DNA of 32,000 bases from Demequinaceae bacterium (GTDB taxonomy: Bacteria > Actinomycetota > Actinomycetes > Actinomycetales > Demequinaceae). The translations under genes and the position numbers were made by a program. Below are positions 25,980 to 32,000 of this stretch, piece by piece (the first letter of the stretch is position 1; every line of letters begins with the position of its first letter). Under the pieces are notes generated by a model, which ran no database searches, had not been told where the DNA came from, and saw only the letters and a program-made list of their open reading frames with translations. Location of the stretch: contig OZ252279.1 of NCBI GenBank assembly GCA_965250005.1, forward strand, positions 660,001 to 692,000. The letters run 5' to 3'.

Positions 25980-26272
25980 ATGCCCCCTACCCCCACAGGT
26001 GCCGACAAGTTCACGTTTGGTCTCTGGACGATCGGATGGGCCGCTCAAGACCCGTTCAGTGCCGCAGCGCAGGCAACGTGGACTCTCATCTGTTCTCGGC
26101 CTTCGTGGGAAGTTGTGTCGGTCGCGAAACTCGCGTCCGATACGCACTCCGTGATCCGCGAGCAGTATTCACGCCATTCTGGCTCGCGCCACGTGGGTTA
26201 GGTGCGGCGCGCGCGTTCGTTCGTTCTCGCGCGCCGCACATTCACGTTTCTCGGGGTGCTCTCCTAGACTGA
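25980..26272 (+). pseudogene. xylA: Eroded remnant of xylose isomerase (xylA) with internal deletions and a frame change
   Basis: In frame 1 from the ATG at 25980, MPPTPTGADKFTFGLWTIGWAAQDPFS..ATW matches the actinobacterial XylA N-terminus (PTPxDxFTFGLWTVGWxxxDPFGxATR). From about 26070 a different frame reads HLFSAFVGSCVGRETRVRYALRD...FWLAPRG. This loosely matches XylA residues about 88-145 ([27 protein letters not shown]...VMWGGREG). The remaining roughly 250 codons are absent. Confidence 0.6.
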
Positions 26273-26276
26273 ACCC

Positions 26277-27158
26277 ATGACACCCAGTCGCGATTCTATC
26301 GAAAAGGGCGAGGTCTCGGCCATCCGCGAGGTCCCGTCAAACATTGAACGGCCCCTGTATGTGGGCAAGAAGCGAGCCGCCTCGTGGAGGGGCGGGGACG
26401 TCCACGACGCCGAGACCATCGAGAAGATCGCGATCAGCGCCAAGATTGCCGCGCAAGCTCTCGCTGAGGTCTCTAAACACGTGGTCCCCGGCGTGACCAC
26501 TGACGAGCTCGACCGGATCGGCCACGAGTTTGTGCTCGACAATGGCGCGTACCCCTCAACCTTGGGCTACCCCGGCGGATCCGGGCGCAAGCCGTTCCCC
26601 AAATCGCTGTGCACCTCGGTTAACGAGGTCATCTGCCACGGCATACCCGACTCAACGGTCATCGAGGCTGGGGACCTCGTCAAGGTAGACATCACCGCAT
26701 ACAAAAACGGCATGCACGGAGACAACTGCGGCAGCGTCATCGCAGGCGAAGGCGCCCCGGACATCGCCGCACTAGTAGAGGCCACTCGGGAGGCCCTCGC
26801 GCGCGGCATTGCCGCCGTGAAGCCTGGCCGCGAGATCAACGTGATCGGCCGCGTGATCGAGAAGTACGCGACGCGGCACGGGTACCAGTCAGTCGAGAGC
26901 TACACCGGCCACGGCGTCGGCCCAGCCTTCCACACGGGCCTCGTGGTGCCCCACTTCGACTCCGCGCCGGACCACGACGACATCATCGAGCCCGGAATGG
27001 TGTTCACCATCGAACCCATGCTCTGCCAGGGCAGCGAAGACAACTTCGAGTGGGGCGACGATTGGACTGTGGCGACGCGCGACGGCTCGTGGTGCGCGCA
27101 GTTTGAGCACACCCTGGTGGTACGCGATTCCGGCGCGGAGGTGCTGACGCTCCCATGA
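26277..27158 (+). CDS. map: Methionine aminopeptidase, type I (with N-terminal extension)
   Basis: M24A motifs are present: the metal-ligand contexts VKVDITAY, HGDNC, YTGHGVG, FTIEP and QFEHTLVV. Confidence 0.95.
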   Translation: MTPSRDSIEKGEVSAIREVPSNIERPLYVGKKRAASWRGGDVHDAETIEKIAISAKIAAQALAEVSKHVVPGVTTDELDRIGHEFVLDNGAYPSTLGYPGGSGRKPFPKSLCTSVNEVICHGIPDSTVIEAGDLVKVDITAYKNGMHGDNCGSVIAGEGAPDIAALVEATREALARGIAAVKPGREINVIGRVIEKYATRHGYQSVESYTGHGVGPAFHTGLVVPHFDSAPDHDDIIEPGMVFTIEPMLCQGSEDNFEWGDDWTVATRDGSWCAQFEHTLVVRDSGAEVLTLP

Positions 27159-27964
27159 CCAACATTGCGCTTGGCGTAGACATCGGCGGCACGGGAATCA
27201 AGACTGCTCCCGTAGACCTCGATACGGGAAAGTTCACACAAGACCGCAAGCGCGTTCTCACCCCAAGGCCCGCGACGGTAACCTCCGTCGCCAAGGCGGT
27301 GGCCGCCAGCATCAAGGCGTTCGACCCGGACAAGAGTGTCCCGATCGGCGTCGCGTTTCCGGGCGTCGTCCAGCACGGTGTGGTTCAGACCGCCGTAAAC
27401 CTCGAGCAAGAGTGGATCGGCACCAATCTCGAGGATGTCATCAAAGAACACTCAGGCCACGACGTTCACGCAATGAATGACGCAGACGCCGCTGGAAATG
27501 GCGAGTTCCTCTACGGCGCCGCCCACGGCCAGGACGGAGTGATCCTGTTGGTCACTTTGGGTACGGGAATTGGCACCGCACTGATTGCCGACGGCAACCT
27601 GGTAGCGAACACCGAACTCGGCCAAGTCTCCATCGACGGAATACCAGCCGAGGAATACGCCGCCGAATCGGCGCGCGACCGCCACGGGCTGGATTGGGAC
27701 GGCTGGATCCCCCACCTGCAGCGCTACTTTTCGGAAATGGAATGGCTGCTGTGGCCCGACCTCATTATTGTTGGCGGGGGTGTGTCAGCACAGGCGCACA
27801 TGTTCTTGCCAAGGCTCAAACTGCGCGCGCCCATCGTTGCAGCGGATTTGCTGAATGGCGCGGGAATCGTCGGAGCCGCCGCGCTTGCGGCTTCGATCGA
27901 GAGGCGCGCACCGAAGGACGCCGCCGCCGCGAAAAAGCAGTCCAAGAAGAAGCGCAGAAAGTAG
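27155..27964 (+). CDS. ppgK: Polyphosphate glucokinase (ROK family)
   Basis: ALGVDIGGTGIKTAPVDLDTGKFTQDRKRVLTPRPATV closely follows the PPGK N-terminus I recall from M. tuberculosis. The ATG overlaps the map stop (ATGA). An unusual Lys/Arg-rich C-terminal tail is present. Confidence 0.88.
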   Translation: MTNIALGVDIGGTGIKTAPVDLDTGKFTQDRKRVLTPRPATVTSVAKAVAASIKAFDPDKSVPIGVAFPGVVQHGVVQTAVNLEQEWIGTNLEDVIKEHSGHDVHAMNDADAAGNGEFLYGAAHGQDGVILLVTLGTGIGTALIADGNLVANTELGQVSIDGIPAEEYAAESARDRHGLDWDGWIPHLQRYFSEMEWLLWPDLIIVGGGVSAQAHMFLPRLKLRAPIVAADLLNGAGIVGAAALAASIERRAPKDAAAAKKQSKKKRRK

Positions 27965-28103
27965 GGCAGCGCCGCTCGCGGCGTGATCAATTCCATATCG
28001 CTGCGACGCACCGTCGGGCATGGCCGGTGCTTTGTCCGCGTTACCCTCTGTGACACGCGAGGCCCGCATACAAGACTTATCGGCCCCGCAGAATGGAGCA
28101 ACA

Positions 28104-29132
28104 ATGGCCGTTCTCAACCGCCCGCCGGTGGTGGGCGCAAAAATCCCGGACATCGACTTGGTTTCGCCCAACGGCGCTCCGAGCGGGCTGCGCACCATCA
28201 TCGGTTCGCATGGCGCGATCGTGTATTTCATGCGCACGCCCACGTGCCCGGTTTGCAACGCACACGTGAAGAACCTTGCGCGGCTCGACGCCAATGACGA
28301 GTTTTCCGGCGTGCCACCCATCGTGATCGTGCCGGGCGGCAAGGACGCTGCGAACATCGTCGCCGTCCGTCACGGGACGGCGAACCTGTCTATCTGGGCA
28401 TCCGAGGAGGGGCACGCGCTGTTCGGCCTCGACGTCAAGATGACCATGCAGCAGAGCGGAACGTGGGTGGTCGACAGCGACTACACCGTCTCTCACGCGA
28501 CGGTGTCCACTATCCCGATCCAAGGCCTCGATCACGTCGCGGTGCGAGCAGCGAGTACTGCGCTCGCAGCTAAATCGGGTGCCAGCGCTCCCGCAGGTGA
28601 GATTGCCGTGGCGCGGCATGCTCGCCCCGTAGAGCCCGAACCCGCCGCGCTGTCTCGCCCGCCCGACCCTACGCTCGGCGACGCGGTCCGCTCCGAGCAA
28701 ATCCCCAACCCGCTGCTCGCCCGCCTTGGCGGCCTCGAACTGACTTCCGTCGCATTCGTGGGCGACTACGTGCAGCTCGTGTTCAACGGACCCACGCTTA
28801 GTTGCTTCACCTGGCCGACCGTGAAGAGCGGTGGCAGCGAGTTGCGCATCGGCGAACCCGGCTACCGCGACGCGCTGTGCGATTTGATGTCGCGCGCCGT
28901 GAGCTCAGCGGTCGAGCGCGAGGGCGACGGCCTCCGGATCGACCTGGGCGACGCCGCAATCGTCGTCAAGCCTGTCGACGGCGAGACGACTGGGCACGAA
29001 GTGGCGATGCTGTCCGGGTTCAGCGACCACGACTGGATGGTCTGGAGGCCCGGGGAGCCCGCATTCGCGGCCACCCAGCGACGCGTTGACGGTGTCAGTG
29101 CCAAGGCCTACACCGGGCGGCATGACCTCTGA
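28104..29132 (+). CDS. Peroxiredoxin-like / redoxin-domain protein (CPVC motif) fused to an unassigned C-terminal domain of about 150 aa
   Basis: The N-terminal roughly 150 aa is thioredoxin-fold (IVYFMRTPTCPVCNAH). An Ala/Pro-rich linker follows, then a C-terminal domain (LELTSVAFVGDYVQLVFNG...LRIDLGDAAIVVKP...) with no motif I recognise. I chose the ATG at 28104 (GGAG 5 nt upstream); the track start is 28020. Confidence 0.78.
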   Translation: MAVLNRPPVVGAKIPDIDLVSPNGAPSGLRTIIGSHGAIVYFMRTPTCPVCNAHVKNLARLDANDEFSGVPPIVIVPGGKDAANIVAVRHGTANLSIWASEEGHALFGLDVKMTMQQSGTWVVDSDYTVSHATVSTIPIQGLDHVAVRAASTALAAKSGASAPAGEIAVARHARPVEPEPAALSRPPDPTLGDAVRSEQIPNPLLARLGGLELTSVAFVGDYVQLVFNGPTLSCFTWPTVKSGGSELRIGEPGYRDALCDLMSRAVSSAVEREGDGLRIDLGDAAIVVKPVDGETTGHEVAMLSGFSDHDWMVWRPGEPAFAATQRRVDGVSAKAYTGRHDL

Positions 29133-29484
29133 CCCCGCGCACCAGCACCACGGCATCGACTACACCGAAATCGGCGCGCTGGACCTCGACGCCGCAGCGG
29201 ACTACTACGGCCGCGCCTTCGGCTGGACGTTCACGGACTACGGCGCCACATACAAAGGATTCGCTTTCGCCGACGGCCGCGAGGGCGGTGGACTCGCGCC
29301 CGTGAGCTCCGTTAGACCGGGTGGTCCGCTCGTCATCCTGTACTCGGGCAACCTCGAGGCGACACTGGCCGCTGTGAAAGACGCGGGAGGCCTGATCGAG
29401 AAGGAAACCTACGCGTTTCCCGGCGGAAGGCGATTCCACTTCAAGGACCCGTCCGGCAACGAGCTGGCGGTCTGGGGAATCTAA
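29122..29484 (+). CDS. VOC (glyoxalase / bleomycin-resistance / dioxygenase) family protein
   Basis: GIDYTEIGALDLDAAADYYGRAFGWTF...GGRRFHFKDPSGNELAVW is the typical VOC beta-alpha-beta-beta-beta pattern. The ATG at 29122 overlaps the upstream gene by 11 nt; the track start is 29086. Confidence 0.8.
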   Translation: MTSDPAHQHHGIDYTEIGALDLDAAADYYGRAFGWTFTDYGATYKGFAFADGREGGGLAPVSSVRPGGPLVILYSGNLEATLAAVKDAGGLIEKETYAFPGGRRFHFKDPSGNELAVWGI

Positions 29485-29496
29485 CGAGGCTTTTCC

Positions 29497-31950
29497 CTAG
29501 ATATCGGTCACCACCGAGAACCAAATCGCCTCACTGATCGCGGGCGTAGAGGTCTCGATCAGCACGAACCATGCGGAGCCGGGCTCCACTCGGAAAGCCT
29601 CCGGATCCTCCGTCGGCTCGTAAGGCCATTGCTGGACCCCGACCCGCAGCCCCGGCCGGTCCGGTACGCAATAGGCGAAGGAGACCCAGCTTGTGAGACT
29701 CTGGTCCTCGCACAGCACCAGCGCGTCGCTCGCGATCGTGGGTGCGCCCAGGCTAGCGAGCGTCGCGCCAACCCAGTTCGCGGTCACCTCTCCAAGAATT
29801 TCGTCGGAAACACCCTCGAGGCGCCCGAGCGCGGCGGCCTCACCTGCGCCTCCCACGAACGCGACTGTCCCCTCAACGTTGGGGTTGGTGATGGTCCATG
29901 TTGCCGGAACAACCGCACTGACGCCGATGTGCGACACGACGACGTCACGGTAGTCGGCCGGCTCGAGTTCCCCAGCGAACGCGTCCCAGTAACTGAGGGC
30001 TTCGGACGTGGCCGTCAACGTGCCGTTCTCGTACACGTCGATGCGGTACTCGCCTCGCTCGAGAACGCCCACAGGGTAGCGGCTCACGATGTTTCGGTCG
30101 CACACCGTCCACAGGCTGCCGAACGTCGGGTTCTCCATGATTGCCCACGTGCCATCTGCTGAAGGCCGGTAGTACCAAACCAGACAAGCGTTCTGGTTGT
30201 CCGGCACCACCCCGGCTAGATCCACGACTCCGACGGACGACTCCCACGGCTCGATCGAGTACGCGGGTTGGAGATCTACTTCAGCGAAACTACGGGCGCC
30301 GCCAACGATGAGGCTTCGAAGGGGGTCGGTGAGGTCAAAATCTGGCAGGCGCTCGAGGTCATTCAACGCGTTCATGCGGACCCACACCCGCAGTGTTTCG
30401 GAGTCGAACGCGGCCGCCTCGCAAAGCCCGCTACTCTCGACTCCATCGAGGCTCAGCAAAGCGTGCCCGTACCTGTCTGCGGCAAGGTCAGCGTCGCCGC
30501 GCACCGCCGCTGCAAACGCCCAGTTGAAGCAAAAGTACGGGTTCGCCGGATCCGCGGCGAGCGCCTCCTCCGTCAGCTGTTCGCCTCGGGAAGCGAGCGG
30601 TCGGTCGTCGTTGAGGATTGACAGCGCAATCATGAGCCACCCGAGATCGGACTTCGCGACCGGGTCCTCGCTGCGAAGTTCAAGAACCGCGCGCTCCAGC
30701 GACCCAATCGAGGCCTCAATCTGACTCGGCGTCCAAGACGAGCTCCACGCGACGCTCGATTCCTCGCACAGCAGCGCATCGACCATGCGGACGTGGGCCG
30801 GCGCGAAAAGCGGAAGGCTGCGAGTCGCCGCAAGGGATAGCGCCTCCTTCTCGTCACACCCCTCAGCCACATTGGCGGCGACGTACGCCAGCGAGCCATT
30901 CACCAATTGATCCTGGGTGGGTGGGGCCGGGTATTGCGAAATGGCCCAGGTCGAAACCGCAATCCCGAACACCAGTCCGGTGGCAGCGGCGGCCATCAAC
31001 CAGCGTCGCCGTACCTGGTGCCCGCGCGGACTAGCAACGGCGAAAAGGAACCCGGCGAGACCGAAAATGACCACCGCAGTCTGAAGTTTCGCGCCAACGT
31101 CGCCCACGGCAAGCGCGGACTGGAGTGTCACCGAGGCCTGTGTCGAGCAAACGGAGCCCGCCGTTGCCGACAGGGCAACAAGCCGTGGCGCGAGATCCGG
31201 CATGCGCTCGCGATAGTCGGCGGCAACGCCCTCGAGGTACGAGTCGCCGCCTAGTCCCGCTCGCTTCCACGGAAGTAGCAGCTCGTCGCGGTTGATGCAG
31301 CCAAGATCACTACCGGCGGCGGATGGAGCCCCGGTTCCGAAGCGATCGAGTGCGACCTCCCATGACCTCTCAATCGCGGGCCAGGCGCTTCCCACGAGGG
31401 CTGCGCGCGCGGCAGAGTCCCCTGTGGTCTGCTCCGCAGCGTCCAGCCGGTCGAGCTCGAGCGCGCCGTCCAACGTCGCGAAGGCGACGTCAAGCCCGAG
31501 ACTTTGCGCGTTGATGGCCTCAGTACTCAGCGTGTCCGCCTCGGCCGTCAGAACGCGCTCCGCGCTCGCGGTGTAGGCAGAGCCGAGTACGGCAAACGTG
31601 AGCAGCAGGACCGTGATGGAGCCAAGGACTTCAGCCCACCAACGGATCGAGTGGCCCGCCCTGAGCCTGCGGATCTTCGCCCACAGTGAGGCGCGCTTGA
31701 CCGCCCACGCAAGCGCAACGAGCAATCCCGCAACCAGGACTAGGATTCCGAGCGCCTCCACCAGGCCACGGCCCGCGGCAACACCCGCGGCAACAATCAG
31801 ACCAAATCCCACACTGGCAAGCACAACCGCCGCCTGCACCCAGCGCCATGCGCGGCGCGGCGATCGAACGTTCTCCGCGAACGTGAGCCCCACCAGCGCC
31901 ATCGCCGCAATGGCGGCGGAAACCACAGCGAGGAGCTCTCCTCGGTCCAT
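29497..31950 (-). CDS. Large hypothetical polytopic membrane protein (at least 817 aa); the N-terminus may lie beyond the right window edge
   Basis: Four N-terminal TM helices are followed by a soluble segment of about 170 aa, two more TM helices, and a C-terminal region of about 470 aa with a TPR-like helical stretch and a beta-rich end. I recognise no catalytic motif. The frame has no stop between 31951 and 32000. Confidence 0.78.
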   Translation of the reverse strand: MDRGELLAVVSAAIAAMALVGLTFAENVRSPRRAWRWVQAAVVLASVGFGLIVAAGVAAGRGLVEALGILVLVAGLLVALAWAVKRASLWAKIRRLRAGHSIRWWAEVLGSITVLLLTFAVLGSAYTASAERVLTAEADTLSTEAINAQSLGLDVAFATLDGALELDRLDAAEQTTGDSAARAALVGSAWPAIERSWEVALDRFGTGAPSAAGSDLGCINRDELLLPWKRAGLGGDSYLEGVAADYRERMPDLAPRLVALSATAGSVCSTQASVTLQSALAVGDVGAKLQTAVVIFGLAGFLFAVASPRGHQVRRRWLMAAAATGLVFGIAVSTWAISQYPAPPTQDQLVNGSLAYVAANVAEGCDEKEALSLAATRSLPLFAPAHVRMVDALLCEESSVAWSSSWTPSQIEASIGSLERAVLELRSEDPVAKSDLGWLMIALSILNDDRPLASRGEQLTEEALAADPANPYFCFNWAFAAAVRGDADLAADRYGHALLSLDGVESSGLCEAAAFDSETLRVWVRMNALNDLERLPDFDLTDPLRSLIVGGARSFAEVDLQPAYSIEPWESSVGVVDLAGVVPDNQNACLVWYYRPSADGTWAIMENPTFGSLWTVCDRNIVSRYPVGVLERGEYRIDVYENGTLTATSEALSYWDAFAGELEPADYRDVVVSHIGVSAVVPATWTITNPNVEGTVAFVGGAGEAAALGRLEGVSDEILGEVTANWVGATLASLGAPTIASDALVLCEDQSLTSWVSFAYCVPDRPGLRVGVQQWPYEPTEDPEAFRVEPGSAWFVLIETSTPAISEAIWFSVVTDI

Positions 31951-32000
31951 TCGAGTGGCTTGGTCGAGCAGTTGGACGTAACTGGGGACGCCCTTGCCGC

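Noticed and set aside
25719-26201. 160-aa ORF spanning the ROK-map gap, considered as an intact gene
   Set aside because: Only the segment from the ATG at 25980 has protein-like similarity (XylA N-terminus), and that similarity is lost after about 30 codons. The first 87 codons run through AT-richer promoter-like sequence. It is better explained as a xylA pseudogene remnant.
1-32000. Search for CRISPR arrays, tRNA/rRNA genes, transposases, integrases, phage genes, toxin-antitoxin pairs or known defence genes
   Set aside because: By eye I found no regularly spaced short repeats, no tRNA-like T-arm (GGTTCGAATCC-type) outside coding context, and no ORF with recombinase, nuclease or ATPase motifs typical of mobile or defence systems. 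A computational scan (tRNAscan, CRISPR finder, HMM searches) would be needed to exclude them formally.

Overview
This is a high-GC (judged by eye, not computed) actinobacterial chromosomal segment, almost fully coding and dominated by core metabolism. The gene order is pyrD (partial) / pepA / small conserved protein / lpdA / sucB (E2) / TIGR01777-type epimerase / [kinase-like membrane protein, membrane protein, MMPL transporter] / lipB-lipA / DUF4191 protein / RDD protein / glnA / membrane protein-glnE-glnA2 (minus-strand operon) / nadE-panB-membrane protein / thioredoxin-like protein plus small protein / ROK regulator / eroded xylA remnant / map-ppgK / peroxiredoxin-like fusion protein plus VOC protein / 817-aa orphan membrane protein. 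From memory, the lipoate and glutamine-synthetase part matches the M. tuberculosis Rv2213-Rv2222c block. I saw no rRNA, tRNA, CRISPR array, transposase, integrase, phage gene or recognisable defence gene, and I cannot point to a clear novel multi-gene system. The observations most worth a second look are:
- a membrane-anchored kinase-like protein that has lost its ATP-binding N-lobe and catalytic residues, next to an MMPL transporter in a block that interrupts the conserved synteny
- an intergenic region beside it with tandem GGGAC-N4-GTCCC palindromes and direct repeats
- a decayed xylose isomerase relic beside an intact ROK (XylR-like) regulator
- a peroxiredoxin-like domain fused to an unassigned domain and overlapping a VOC gene
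- an 817-aa orphan polytopic protein whose reading frame stays open to the right window edge
All functional calls come from reading the translated ORFs against motifs I remember. No database search was run.
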